Virus record (IMG/VR): IMGVR_UViG_3300023174_000133
Location: 18,535 to 82,534 of that record
DNA from: a virus
DNA: 64,000 nucleotides
Reading direction: 5' to 3' (one strand)
Made by a program: the position numbers and the translations under genes
Notes under the pieces: generated by a model
Databases searched by the model: none
What the model saw: the letters and a program-made list of their open reading frames with translations, nothing else
Told to the model about the DNA's origin: nothing
Shown here: positions 28,696 to 39,410 of the stretch, piece after piece
Layout of the letters: every line of letters starts with the position of its first letter
Numbering within the stretch: position 1 is the stretch's first letter

Positions 28696-29952
28696 ATGAG
28701 CGGTGCAGCTGGACATTTAATGCATTTGTATGATGACACCGAATTAACGTTCGCTGAAATCAAAGACATATTGACGCGTGCCTCAAAAGGACAACTCGAA
28801 CAAGTCACAGAAAAATTAGACGGTCGAAACATAGTCTTCACGTGGAATATCGAACAAAACGACCTTAAAGTTGCAAGGTCAGCTGGAGATATTAAATCGG
28901 GTGGCATGAACGCGACGGAACTCGCGCAAAAATTTCAAGGTCGTGAGTCTTTAGAAGAAGCTTTCAATTCTGCGTTTTCTGTTCTAAGAACTTCGATATC
29001 ATCATTAGATGATGCGCAACGCTTCAAAGTATTCGGTTCTACAGGAAATAAATGGTATTCTGCAGAAATAATTTATGCTGCAAGTCCGAACGTCGTTAGT
29101 TATGACTCGAATTCAGTTGTGTTTCACGGGTTCCCAGTATTCGATGTCGATTCTGCAGGAAACGTAGAACAAATTGACGATTCATCTGGTATAGAGATAT
29201 TATCTTCGAATATCGAAAAGATGCAGCGCGCGCTAAAAGGAAAAGATTGGACGGTACACGGACCCGCGATCGTTTCTATGAAAGAAATGTCCGATGGTTC
29301 TGCACTATCACGCGCGATTTCTGCGATAGACAATCTGTTAAGTCAAAATCGAATTACGGACGCCGAAACGATACAGGACTTCATCGAAGTAGCGCTTACG
29401 AAAAAATTAATCGAACTAGGGTTTTCCGGCTCGTTACTTAACTCAGTACAATCAAGAATCTTAAGAAAGCCTGGTGCTCCCGACCTTAGAGTACTCAAAA
29501 AGACTGCTCCAAATTCGAGTGATTTGCTTGACAAAACGATAAAAGGCGGAGATAAGATGATAACGTCTATACTCTTGCCACTCGATAAAATCATAGGAGC
29601 TTTTGCTATTAAAGTACTCGAAGGATTAAAGTCATCGTTCATCGGAGACAATGAAAGAGAAGTTTCGAGATTAAAACAGGCAACTGACGAAGCCATATCG
29701 ACAATTAATGGTAGCGGTGACCAAGGCGCAATCGATTTTTTGAATAGACAGCTTGAAAGATTGGGTTCGACAGAAAATATAAAGTCTGCAGTCGAAGGCG
29801 TCGTATTCAGGTATAACGGAAAAACATATAAATTTACAGGTGCGTTCGCCGCCGCAAATCAAATATTGGGATTTTATAGATATCGCCGACCGGCTAAAGA
29901 ACCAATCGGCGAATCGTACTTACGAAATGTTATAAGGCTAATGTTATTTTAG
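28696..29952 (+). CDS. RNA-ligase-like nucleotidyltransferase with C-terminal tag
   Basis: GHLMHLYD, VTEKLDG, YSAEII, EGVVFR, YKFTG; ends IGESYLRNVIRLMLF. Confidence 0.65.
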   Translation: MSGAAGHLMHLYDDTELTFAEIKDILTRASKGQLEQVTEKLDGRNIVFTWNIEQNDLKVARSAGDIKSGGMNATELAQKFQGRESLEEAFNSAFSVLRTSISSLDDAQRFKVFGSTGNKWYSAEIIYAASPNVVSYDSNSVVFHGFPVFDVDSAGNVEQIDDSSGIEILSSNIEKMQRALKGKDWTVHGPAIVSMKEMSDGSALSRAISAIDNLLSQNRITDAETIQDFIEVALTKKLIELGFSGSLLNSVQSRILRKPGAPDLRVLKKTAPNSSDLLDKTIKGGDKMITSILLPLDKIIGAFAIKVLEGLKSSFIGDNEREVSRLKQATDEAISTINGSGDQGAIDFLNRQLERLGSTENIKSAVEGVVFRYNGKTYKFTGAFAAANQILGFYRYRRPAKEPIGESYLRNVIRLMLF

Positions 29953-30443
29953 TCTACGAAGATAGAACGAACTGACATCTGGACAGAAATTAGCCATGGT
30001 GTCTTTTCTGAACGAGACACTTCGCCCCATCCAATGCCTTCAGGAAGCGCCTGCATACGCCATTTTTCAACGTGCGTATCTTCGTGATCAACAATTCGAA
30101 TGTCAATGCGCTTCGATTCTGAACTTTGCATCCACTTTCGAAAGAACTTACTCATCTTTTGGACACCCTTCGTTTCAAAAACAAGGATGCCAGTGTCCGG
30201 AGAGCCAACAGTCAATACTGGAAGTTTAAGACCAGTGAGTTCGATTTCGTCTTCCCATCCATCGATGGTGATAAATGCTCCTGGAGATTCATCTGGTGCA
30301 GAATCATCTTCGACAGATTCGATAATTCCATGTTCAATTAGAGATTGAATGGTCTCTGGACTAAGCTCATCAGGCGTAATTTCACCGGCAACGAGCTTCT
30401 TTCCAATCTCTTCTGGCGTCAAAGTGGAAAATTCAGGGTTCAA
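29949..30443 (-). CDS. Possible tail-tube (gp19)-like fold protein
   Basis: FRKWMQ...KRIDIRIVD..THVEKWRM..LPEGIGWGEVS...ISVQM resembles the gp19 C-terminal pattern. Confidence 0.4.
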   Translation of the reverse strand: MNPEFSTLTPEEIGKKLVAGEITPDELSPETIQSLIEHGIIESVEDDSAPDESPGAFITIDGWEDEIELTGLKLPVLTVGSPDTGILVFETKGVQKMSKFFRKWMQSSESKRIDIRIVDHEDTHVEKWRMQALPEGIGWGEVSRSEKTPWLISVQMSVRSIFVD

Positions 30444-30486
30444 TTTTTCTCCTATGTTAGTATTTTATTACTTTGCTGATTAATGT

Positions 30487-31242
30487 TCAACTTGACTTTT
30501 GTTTGGGTTTACGTTTAAGCAATGAACTGAGTGGAAAGACCTGCGACTTCCCATCGATTAATACGTCAACAGAGACCTGATAAATTCCTGTGCTATCGAG
30601 TCGTTTATTCAATACTAATACCGGTTCACCAGCTCTTGAATACATGATTTTGCCAGCAAAACCATCGGCACCTTGCCATTCTTCTGTAAATCCTTTAAAG
30701 ATAGAGCGAAGAAAGTTGAAATCGTTCTCGTCAATCTTTCCGGTTTTTTCGAAAAAATTCATGACCTGAATGGCTCGATTGTAAGTCCCAGGCCGTTCAC
30801 TCCAGTAATATGATGTCGTTCCAAACCTTACTTTATTCTTAAGTAGAGAGATAAACCCTTCAATATCAGGGGTTAATTCGACATATACGGCTTCTGTTCT
30901 GGCTCGTTCCATCAATTTTTCGAGAAACGAGGCTTGACGTTCGGTGAGAGTCCTGCCTTGAGAAATCTTGCGGGAAAAGTCTCGAAGCGTTTCTGCGTCG
31001 TCCGGTTTTTGAGTTTGCGCGGCACACTTTTCAATTTCTTCTACTCGACGTAGAACATCTTCATTCATGGGGTCAGGAATTCCTTTCGAAAATATATCTT
31101 CAAGCCATTCCTTACCTCGACCTCGAGGCGGTGAGCAACTTTCAACAAGCGAAGTAAGGAATAGGCCATTTGAAGTCTGGCCTTTGCCTGCTGCATTATA
31201 AGCAGACGCAAAAATCTTTACCTTTTCGATATCGAAGCTCAT
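30487..31242 (-). CDS. Hypothetical protein
   Basis: 251 aa; GGAGG SD; GRTLTERQ motif. Confidence 0.75.
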   Translation of the reverse strand: MSFDIEKVKIFASAYNAAGKGQTSNGLFLTSLVESCSPPRGRGKEWLEDIFSKGIPDPMNEDVLRRVEEIEKCAAQTQKPDDAETLRDFSRKISQGRTLTERQASFLEKLMERARTEAVYVELTPDIEGFISLLKNKVRFGTTSYYWSERPGTYNRAIQVMNFFEKTGKIDENDFNFLRSIFKGFTEEWQGADGFAGKIMYSRAGEPVLVLNKRLDSTGIYQVSVDVLIDGKSQVFPLSSLLKRKPKQKSS

Positions 31243-31293
31243 CGCAACCTCCTGATGTTAGTCTAATAACATCATTAGGAAATAATGTACATA

Positions 31294-32616
31294 CTACTTC
31301 GACGTTTCTTTCCACGAATGATAAGCTTCGATTATTTTTGGATCGACATCGGACTCTTCACGAAATCTGGAGAAGACCGGGAATCTCATGCATCCGTCGG
31401 GCGTTAATAGTTGCGCTTCACACTCTACGATTTTACCGATATATGAATCTGGTCCTTCGTTTTGGACCGTGCGTTTAATATCATCGGTGTATCCACCACC
31501 AACACGAGTAGTCACACCATTAGGCAACAAAACGTTGAACCCTCCGAATTGACCGGCTCTTTTCGTGGATTCTTTGGAGTTATACCAACCTACGATGACA
31601 CCTTCATGAGTAGTGACTGGCTTTAGTTTTAAGATTGACTTAGACCGTTTCCATTGATACACCGAGTCATAGCTCTTCAGCATAACTCCTTCGTATCCGT
31701 CTTCTAAACATTCCAAATAAAAATCTTGAATTTCTTTTTCATTTTCACAATCTTTATTTTTCACAAGCCGAAATTTAGAGTCGTCCATATAGTTTTCTAA
31801 AGAAGCGATAAGAAGATCTAATCTTTCTCGATACGTCATATCACATTTTTGGGCTTTCCACGACTCAAGCGGGACTACATCAAAGATGTGATACAACATA
31901 TCAGCATCATCTTTTTTCTTTTTCGACGACATTAGGACGGATGCAGAATCATTCCAATCTCGGCCCATGACCTCCCCATCGAAAACAATATCATCTCGGG
32001 AAATAGATTCAAGTGAGGATTTCAATGTAGGCAACGTATCTAAGACGGTTCCATTTCTCGTGTAAAAAGTGACGACGCCAGATTCTTTTACTGCGATTAC
32101 CCGAAGGCCATCTAATTTGGCCTCGACTCTAACGGGATATTTTACGTCTTCTACGATTTTAAAGTTTCCATTTTTATATTCGGTTTCTAACGTATCAGCG
32201 AGCGCAACAGCGAAAGGAACGACCGTATTTGGCCAAAATTTATTGACAAGCGTAGAAGAAACACCACACCTGAGATTTCTCCAGAGGATCCGCTCGAACC
32301 ACTTCTGCGCTAACTCATCGCCAGAATGAATCCACCTTTCAGCAGCTGCTCGGGCCGCATTTCCGGTGTATTCTCTGTTATTTAGAGATTCTAAACAATC
32401 TAAAAATGATGAAAGGAGTTCATCAGAATGACCACCTTCACCAATCGATTTCGGCTTATCGTACTTAGAAATCCCCCAGTTCTTCCAGGGGTCAAGAGTT
32501 AATGCGAAACAACGTTTAAGCAACTCGTTTGAAACGTTACTCTTTAGAACTGATTCTTTAAAGAGTCGAGAATTGTCCGATTCAAGTAACTCGAGAATTT
32601 CAACTACGCTTGTCAT
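31294..32616 (-). CDS. ATP-dependent DNA ligase (T4 gp30-like)
   Basis: EAKLDGLR, YTRNG, FDGEV, IFDVV, YEGVMLK, KLKP, RFPVF. Confidence 0.95.
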   Translation of the reverse strand: MTSVVEILELLESDNSRLFKESVLKSNVSNELLKRCFALTLDPWKNWGISKYDKPKSIGEGGHSDELLSSFLDCLESLNNREYTGNAARAAAERWIHSGDELAQKWFERILWRNLRCGVSSTLVNKFWPNTVVPFAVALADTLETEYKNGNFKIVEDVKYPVRVEAKLDGLRVIAVKESGVVTFYTRNGTVLDTLPTLKSSLESISRDDIVFDGEVMGRDWNDSASVLMSSKKKKDDADMLYHIFDVVPLESWKAQKCDMTYRERLDLLIASLENYMDDSKFRLVKNKDCENEKEIQDFYLECLEDGYEGVMLKSYDSVYQWKRSKSILKLKPVTTHEGVIVGWYNSKESTKRAGQFGGFNVLLPNGVTTRVGGGYTDDIKRTVQNEGPDSYIGKIVECEAQLLTPDGCMRFPVFSRFREESDVDPKIIEAYHSWKETSK

Positions 32617-32670
32617 TTTTCGCTCTCGTTTATTATCTAATAACCGCTTTTATGAAATTGAACACTAAAT

Positions 32671-33600
32671 TTAGCGACTATTTTTAAACCATTCAACAGT
32701 TCGAGCGACGCCGTCTTCGAAAGAAATACGAGGCTCCCAATTTAATTGAGATTTTGCTAAATCAATATTAGGCTTACGCTGCGTTGGGTCGTCTTGAGGA
32801 AGCGGTTTATGAATGATACCAGCACTATTGTTAGTAAAACGATTGATATATTCTGCGAGTTGTAGCATCGTCATTTCGTGTGGATTGCCGATATTACAGG
32901 GAGTGTTTAGATTTGATTCCATCAAAGCATTAATACCCCTGACAAGATCTTCGACATAACAAAAACTACGAGTTTGTTTACCGTCTCCGAACACAGTCAA
33001 TGGTTCTCCGTTCAACGCCTGATTGATAAACGCCGGCATTACTCGACCATCATTCGGACGCATTCTGGGGCCATACGTATTGAAGATTCGAACAATGCGT
33101 GTATCAACATTTTTATATCGTTGGTATGCCATCGTCAAAGCTTCGGCATAACGTTTGGCCTCGTCGTACACACTTCGAGGCCCGATTGGATTCACATTAC
33201 CCCAATACGTTTCAACTTGAGGGTGTACGGCGGGGTCACCGTACACCTCGGAAGTACTGGCGAATAAGAATCTTGCGCCATCACTAACGCATCGATTCAA
33301 ACACACTTCTGACGCTTTCGAACCGGCTTCGAGAGTCTCAAATGGCAATTCAACATAGTCAATCGGCGATGCTGGAGATGCCATGTGATAGATGCGTTCA
33401 AATTTTACATCGCTTGGAATTCCATTGATGACGTTAAATTCGAAAAAATGAAAATTCGAATTATTTTTTAGATGCGCAATGTTATCTGGTTTTCCTGTGA
33501 TGAAATTATCAACTCCCCACACCTCGTGACCTTGCAATAACAACAAATCTATGAGATGTGAAGGAACAAATCCAGCAGCGCCAGTGACTAAAATTTTCAT
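32671..33600 (-). CDS. UDP-glucuronate decarboxylase / extended SDR
   Basis: [53 protein letters not shown]. Confidence 0.92.
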   Translation of the reverse strand: MKILVTGAAGFVPSHLIDLLLLQGHEVWGVDNFITGKPDNIAHLKNNSNFHFFEFNVINGIPSDVKFERIYHMASPASPIDYVELPFETLEAGSKASEVCLNRCVSDGARFLFASTSEVYGDPAVHPQVETYWGNVNPIGPRSVYDEAKRYAEALTMAYQRYKNVDTRIVRIFNTYGPRMRPNDGRVMPAFINQALNGEPLTVFGDGKQTRSFCYVEDLVRGINALMESNLNTPCNIGNPHEMTMLQLAEYINRFTNNSAGIIHKPLPQDDPTQRKPNIDLAKSQLNWEPRISFEDGVARTVEWFKNSR

Positions 33601-33830
33601 CAGTTGTCGTCGTCCTCGAGTTGGACGAATCGAACGTTCTTAATCCAGTAACCTCGACGCTTAAGTGTGCTGACAATCTCGGTCGCATCGCACATGCTGG
33701 CGTAACCATACGAGACCTTGATTTCATTTACCATCGTCTTCTGTAGTTCAGATAGATTATGCGCAGTAATAGTCGTAGCGCCTTGTTCTTGTGGACGGGT
33801 AATCATCACTGGGAAACGAACTTCACTCAT
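33600..33830 (-). CDS. Hypothetical protein
   Basis: AGGAG SD; stop/start coupled to the SDR gene. Confidence 0.6.
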   Translation of the reverse strand: MSEVRFPVMITRPQEQGATTITAHNLSELQKTMVNEIKVSYGYASMCDATEIVSTLKRRGYWIKNVRFVQLEDDDN

Positions 33831-33891
33831 GTTTTCTCCTTCTGTTTGCTTAATATAACAATCTTTTTCTAAATTAACAACTATCGATCGA

Positions 33892-35271
33892 TTACTTTTT
33901 AGAGTTTTTTACGATTTTCTTTTTGAGTTCCTTTAGATCTCCTCGATACATTTCAATTGGCAACGTTTTTTCGACCTTCGAAACTTCTTCTTTCTTTTCT
34001 TCGAGCGATTGCTTTAGTTCTTCAAACTTTTCTTTCGTTAGAGTGTGCACTGGAAGCGAAGTCAAATAGTTCCAGGTGCCTTCCCGTTTATTAAACTTGA
34101 ATTTATCCAAGTCGCTTTCTAAATCACTCTTCTTTCTTCCGTTTATTTCGAGTTCGCCGTCGATAATCATTTTAATAAAGCGCGCGCGATTATCAAGAAC
34201 CAACAACTCATCTTTGAGATTCGACAACATCTTTTGTTTGCGGATTTCGTAATAACCAGCACGAAACGCTACGAAGTATCGAACGATGTCATGCGCACTA
34301 TCGAAAATCTTTAGTTTGCCGGACTCGTCCAGAGTCGTAAAATTCTCCGTCTCACGTTCGCTCATTTTCAGAACATCGTCAAGTTTCTTTTTCTTGATGA
34401 GTTCGGAGAGGTTCTGGCGAGGGAATTTAAGGACGTAATTTACCTTTTCTGATGAATTGTCGTCGTACGAATGTATGACGCCCTTCTCGATGAGCGAATC
34501 GAGGTGCTGTTCATACTTTTCATAAGTAAAAGACGGAGGCACTTCGAAGATTTCGACCGTCGAAGTATTCTTCACATCGTATCGACCGCGAATAACCCAG
34601 CTCTTAGGAGAGTCCGGGACAGTTGAGTAAGCGCCGTCGAAGCCTTTAATCCACGGATTGAGCGCGGGCATTTCTTTGTCTTCGAGAACTGCGAGGCAAG
34701 CATCGATCAAATCGACAGGATTACGATTCAAGATGTTCGTTGCAAAGCCGACTGCGATACCAGAGCCACCATTCAAGAGCACAGTCGGAATGATGGGTAA
34801 GAAAAACTTCGGTTCAATCTCTTCTCCCTCTTCGAATTGAGGGTCGACGAGGTCGAAATCCTTATAGAGTAGTCGAAAGTTTTCGTTGAACTTTACGCCG
34901 ACGTAACGGGGAGCTCCTGCCTCTGGCGATCGAAGCGAACCGAACTGACCGACACCTTCGAAGATGGGCATTGAGTTCTTAAAGTCCTGAGCCATAGCAG
35001 TGATGGCCGACTCCAAAGACCCTCCCCCGTGATGATAGAAGGCTTCTGAAGCCACTCGACCCGCAAGTTGGAATACCTTAAGGGGCTTCTCATTCCCACT
35101 CTTAAAGACCCTATTAGCGACGAATGCGATCTTCCTTTGCGACGGTTTGAAACCGTCGATAACACTTGGGATAGCGCGCGATGTGATCGTATAAACTGCG
35201 TAATTTCGAAGCTCGTTGTCGAAGAAATCGTCAATCTGTCGCGACGGAATCTGATTGCTCTGCACTTTCAT
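33892..35271 (-). CDS. Type IIA topoisomerase, breakage-reunion subunit (T4 gp52/GyrA-like)
   Basis: RAIPSVIDGFKPSQRK, YHHG, GAPRY (catalytic Tyr), NGGSGIAVGF. Confidence 0.95.
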   Translation of the reverse strand: MKVQSNQIPSRQIDDFFDNELRNYAVYTITSRAIPSVIDGFKPSQRKIAFVANRVFKSGNEKPLKVFQLAGRVASEAFYHHGGGSLESAITAMAQDFKNSMPIFEGVGQFGSLRSPEAGAPRYVGVKFNENFRLLYKDFDLVDPQFEEGEEIEPKFFLPIIPTVLLNGGSGIAVGFATNILNRNPVDLIDACLAVLEDKEMPALNPWIKGFDGAYSTVPDSPKSWVIRGRYDVKNTSTVEIFEVPPSFTYEKYEQHLDSLIEKGVIHSYDDNSSEKVNYVLKFPRQNLSELIKKKKLDDVLKMSERETENFTTLDESGKLKIFDSAHDIVRYFVAFRAGYYEIRKQKMLSNLKDELLVLDNRARFIKMIIDGELEINGRKKSDLESDLDKFKFNKREGTWNYLTSLPVHTLTKEKFEELKQSLEEKKEEVSKVEKTLPIEMYRGDLKELKKKIVKNSKK

Positions 35272-37135
35272 CTCCAGAATTAAATTCTACACCGAGAATC
35301 TTAGATTTTCTAACATCAATTCCCGCAGGTGAAAACCAAGAATCTAAAGAAAATTTCAAATCGCTACCTGGTGCGATAGAGAACATCTTCGGATTCTGAA
35401 TAATTTCCTTATATTCTTGGTCATCGAGCGCGGCCAAACCTTTCTTGTATGATACGTCCCACTTTTCGATGTTCTTGCAAGTTGAGACCCACGCTTCGAA
35501 TTCTTGTGGAGTATAAAACCACTGTGTATCATTACCTTTTTTCGCGACGACCAATGGAGTTTGAACTCGACAAATCTTACCACCAGTCAATAGCTCTGGC
35601 CAATATCTTCCGAAGAAATTGACAAGCAATCCCGCGATCGAATCACCATCAGGGTCTGCGTCAGAGTAGATTAAGATCTTACCGTATCGTAAGTCCTTAG
35701 GTTCTTCACCGAGCTTAAGTCCAATAGCCATCAACATTTCTTTGACTTCGTTGTTCTGCATCACACGTGCAGCTGTCAGTTCAGACACGTTGATGAACTT
35801 TCCACGGAGTGGGAATGCACCCTGCGTCGTCGGGTCACGGAATTTACGAAAAGCTGAAGACGCCGAATCTCCCTCAAAGAGTGCGAGTGTACATCGATCG
35901 CGATTGAATCGAGCTTTTGCGTCGATTAGCTTAAGAACTTTCCCCTTCGCGAGGTTTTTATTAAGTTCTCGAAGTTGTTTACGCTCATCGGCCAAAGCTT
36001 TTTGCTGCGCCCAGTCGAGAATTCGTTGGACAAGTTCCGATTCCATAATCGACTTTAATGTTTTCTCACCGATTTCATACTTCGACCCGAACTCTCGAGA
36101 CTCGGTGATGAGCTTTTCCTTAGTCTGAGACGAAAACGCAGGATTGACTACGTCACACTGCACGAATACAAACAAGTGATTTCGAAGCTCGGAGGGCTTC
36201 AAGTCAACTTTATGTTTACGTTTGACCTTTTCTCGAAGCCAATCGATGACCTGATTCGCGATGTAATCTACGTGTGTTCCACCGTCTTTCGTCTCTACCG
36301 AGTTAACGAATGAAACCTGCGAAAACGAACCATTAGAGGGAGCAATTCCAATCTTCCAGCGTTCGCCTTCCTCTTCGTAAATCACGTTTTCGTCGAATAG
36401 GACGCAGTAATCCTTGAACGAAGTGAAGCTTTTTTCGACTGCATTAAAGTAAACTTTTAGTTTACCGTTGCACGCTGCGATGTCGATACAACGCTTACGC
36501 ATCATTTCTACGTGCGAATCATCGATAGTTTCCATGCCAAAGCGAGCGAGGTCAGGCTGGAAGGAAATTTCTGTATAACCGTCGCCAGGAATCTTACGAA
36601 CTTCGGCTTTTGTCCTGTCTCGCATATTATTCGTGAAGGTCTGCTCGAATTCATTCTTACCGTCGCAAGTCCGGACTTCGAAACGAGTCGAAAAGATGTT
36701 CGTAAGAGTCGAACCGACACCATTCGTACCGGCGACGAGACGTTCTTCGCTATCGTCGAAGTTCGAACCAGCCTTCAAGTTCGAAAAAATGAGCTCTGGG
36801 ACCCACTCATCGTACTCGGAATGCTTGACGACGGGAATACCACCGTTATCCCAGATGGTAACGGTCGAATTTTTCTGGTTCACCGTCACACGAATCTCGT
36901 TTAACTTTTTATTCCTGCGATGTTCATCGACGGAGTTCGAGACGATTTCATCAAAAATCTTCAGGAACGCTGGATTATACGTGACTTTATGGAGTTCAAA
37001 CTTACCCGTTTCAGGAGACAAAAAGTAGACATCGTCTTCTTTCGGTTTCGTAGACCCAATCCACATGCCAGGTCGAGCAAGTGCGTGGTCAATGTCGGAT
37101 AGTTTTTTATACTTTTCTTCAATAGACTTTGTCAT
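35231..37135 (-). CDS. Type IIA topoisomerase, ATPase/TOPRIM subunit (T4 gp39+60/GyrB-like)
   Basis: RPGMWIGS, EIVSNSVD, GTNGVG, EGDSA, PLRGK, DADPDG, YKKGL. Confidence 0.95.
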   Translation of the reverse strand: MTKSIEEKYKKLSDIDHALARPGMWIGSTKPKEDDVYFLSPETGKFELHKVTYNPAFLKIFDEIVSNSVDEHRRNKKLNEIRVTVNQKNSTVTIWDNGGIPVVKHSEYDEWVPELIFSNLKAGSNFDDSEERLVAGTNGVGSTLTNIFSTRFEVRTCDGKNEFEQTFTNNMRDRTKAEVRKIPGDGYTEISFQPDLARFGMETIDDSHVEMMRKRCIDIAACNGKLKVYFNAVEKSFTSFKDYCVLFDENVIYEEEGERWKIGIAPSNGSFSQVSFVNSVETKDGGTHVDYIANQVIDWLREKVKRKHKVDLKPSELRNHLFVFVQCDVVNPAFSSQTKEKLITESREFGSKYEIGEKTLKSIMESELVQRILDWAQQKALADERKQLRELNKNLAKGKVLKLIDAKARFNRDRCTLALFEGDSASSAFRKFRDPTTQGAFPLRGKFINVSELTAARVMQNNEVKEMLMAIGLKLGEEPKDLRYGKILIYSDADPDGDSIAGLLVNFFGRYWPELLTGGKICRVQTPLVVAKKGNDTQWFYTPQEFEAWVSTCKNIEKWDVSYKKGLAALDDQEYKEIIQNPKMFSIAPGSDLKFSLDSWFSPAGIDVRKSKILGVEFNSGDESAEQSDSVATD

Positions 37136-37426
37136 ATCAACACCCGATGATGATGGTCCTCATATTCTTATGCCAATGGCCACAAGTGTATCGTAATTCT
37201 TGAGCTTTATTTTCCTTACAGAAAATTTCTACGAACTTTCCACCGTCGTCGGAACCTTGCCGGACTCTCTCGACAGGAAAATCTTTATATAACTCAATGA
37301 TTTCTTGTGAGAGTCGCTCGGCAACTGGGTCGATTTCTTCTTCGACCTTGATACTAATCGGCTTTTGGTCTAACAAAAACAGCCTCCATGTAGAATATAA
37401 CACATCTTTGACGAAAAGAACATAGC

Positions 37427-38359
37427 CTAAACGATTTCTACTCGATTTTCGATCTTGTCAAGTGCCCAATCGACCTGAATGTGACGAGTCTGGCCATACC
37501 CGTCAGTGGCAACTTTCTTTGAAATAGTCCACTTATTCAACAGAATTACAATGTCTGCGAGTGAAATGTCACCACTGGATAATAACTGGTCAAGAGCTCG
37601 CATCATCATTTGTTTACGTGTGTGTTCTGCGTTAAAAATACTCGGCCATTCATCATTTTTAACGCGAGCGACCCATTCGATAAGTAAGTCTTTCGAGGCA
37701 TGTGTAATCGCATTGTAATTACGATGCATCAAATATTTCGCAAGACGGCGACCAAGGAATGGCGTCGAGCTTTTGTTAATCTCTATCACCTTAAATTCTT
37801 GAAGTTCAAACCATTTTTTAGGAAATACGATTCTCTCCCCGTCGAAACCAACCATACAATTCACCAGGTCGAAGTCGGAAATCGTATCGATAAGAGTGCG
37901 CTTAAACCCGTCAGGTGGATTCGTTACATACTGAATTTTGACCTCGTTAATGCGATTTTCGTCGATGTTAGTCGAAGTGGCATAATTACGAGTAAGTCTA
38001 TTCGGACGCAGGAGCCAGTCGGTCGCGAAACGACCAGTCGTGTTAAATTTAGGAGACCTAAAATTCGCTGTAGCATCTTCGTTCGCGTTCTTGGCAGAAA
38101 CAGCGTCAGGGAAAAAGATATCGATATCGCCAGGAAAATCGACGTCTCGACGGCGTTCAGGCCAGATGTAATCTACGATTGATTCACCTGCCAGGATGGT
38201 CCTCGCAAATCCCCCGGCAATCCAACCTCCGTTTCTAATCCCGATAGAAACAGTTTGGTCTGTGATAATGTGGTAAAAAAGCCCAAACTCTTCAGGTCTA
38301 ATGAATTCTGACAGAGGACGACTAACAAATTCGAGTGTCATTTTTTCTCCACAGCCCAA
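37427..38359 (-). CDS. Pol-beta-superfamily nucleotidyltransferase (CCA/poly(A)-polymerase head-like)
   Basis: WIAGGFAR, GDIDIFF, ISDFDLVNC, RRLAKY. Confidence 0.7.
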   Translation of the reverse strand: MGCGEKMTLEFVSRPLSEFIRPEEFGLFYHIITDQTVSIGIRNGGWIAGGFARTILAGESIVDYIWPERRRDVDFPGDIDIFFPDAVSAKNANEDATANFRSPKFNTTGRFATDWLLRPNRLTRNYATSTNIDENRINEVKIQYVTNPPDGFKRTLIDTISDFDLVNCMVGFDGERIVFPKKWFELQEFKVIEINKSSTPFLGRRLAKYLMHRNYNAITHASKDLLIEWVARVKNDEWPSIFNAEHTRKQMMMRALDQLLSSGDISLADIVILLNKWTISKKVATDGYGQTRHIQVDWALDKIENRVEIV

Positions 38360-38433
38360 ATTTAATGTAACATCATTTTTATTCTTTGGACATAGCGAAA
38401 GAGCGAAATACTTAGATATTATTGGGAGTTAAA

Positions 38434-38979
38434 ATGATTGAAACCTTACGAGCATTGATTAGAGAATGCGTTTTGGAAGAAGCACGAACGCTTATGGGAA
38501 TAGATTTAACGGACTTATCTCTTAGCGAAATCGATGAGCTTGAATTATACCTAAGCGGTAACATTTCGCTTGATGATATCGAAAGCCCTATCGTTAAAAG
38601 AAGAGTTACTGGGATGCAGGCCAAGAATCAAAGAAAACAACCCGATGTTTTCGTGAGAAGAAGACAAGGTGATGATAAAGACGTCGTCGTCAAAAGAAAA
38701 GAGCCCGGTAATCAACCAAGTCTCATTACGAAACCCAACATAGCCAAACCGCCACCGCCAATGAATAGACTAATAAATGGTCAAACGATGGGGAAAAGAG
38801 AGCACACCGTAGACCTCGGAATGATGAACATAACGAATGATTATGGCGACCGTCTTAGAATACGTCACAAAGAAAGACAACAAGCTCCAGGATACTGGAT
38901 ATGGGATACAAATCTACGCGACGAAAAGGGTAAGGTCGGCGATTGGGTTTGGGTGCCAGGAAAGACTTACGGAAAGTAA
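38434..38979 (+). CDS. Tagged hypothetical protein
   Basis: MIETLRALIRECVLEE; ATACTTA box and GGGAG SD upstream. Confidence 0.75.
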   Translation: MIETLRALIRECVLEEARTLMGIDLTDLSLSEIDELELYLSGNISLDDIESPIVKRRVTGMQAKNQRKQPDVFVRRRQGDDKDVVVKRKEPGNQPSLITKPNIAKPPPPMNRLINGQTMGKREHTVDLGMMNITNDYGDRLRIRHKERQQAPGYWIWDTNLRDEKGKVGDWVWVPGKTYGK

Positions 38980-38984
38980 TTCGT

Positions 38985-39410
38985 TTACGCGTGACAGCCG
39001 ATTTTAACGAATCGGCCATCTCTAAGTCCGTAAGTATTCACGCAGCAACATCCATATGATCCTCCCTCCCCCATCCACGAGGGTTCGTCATCATCCGGAA
39101 GAATAGACAACCAGTCCTCATCGCCACCATTCGTCGATAACGCCCTGAGCTCGCCTGGGGCGTCGTAAAACTTCCAGGTAATGATTGAATTTCCTTGTTG
39201 TTCAATGGTTGGAACGGGTGGACCAGACCAACACCACTCGTCAAATTCCGAGATGTATTCCGTGCTTTTATGGTCTGGGTAGTGACGAAATTCGCTCTTA
39301 CCATCAGCCAAATAATACATATAGACCCTGTCGTACCTTACACCCGCGCGCCAGGCGATGATACAACCGCTCGCAGATTCGTCGGGTTCAATCTCGTTCC
39401 AATCATACAT
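38985..39410 (-). CDS. Hypothetical protein
   Basis: LSTNGGDEDW...GCCCV...IGCHA. Confidence 0.7.
   Translation of the reverse strand: MYDWNEIEPDESASGCIIAWRAGVRYDRVYMYYLADGKSEFRHYPDHKSTEYISEFDEWCWSGPPVPTIEQQGNSIITWKFYDAPGELRALSTNGGDEDWLSILPDDDEPSWMGEGGSYGCCCVNTYGLRDGRFVKIGCHA

Noticed and set aside
31294-37135. Introns or inteins in the ligase or topoisomerase genes
   Set aside because: Lengths and motif spacing are normal; the two-gene topoisomerase is the usual subunit split.
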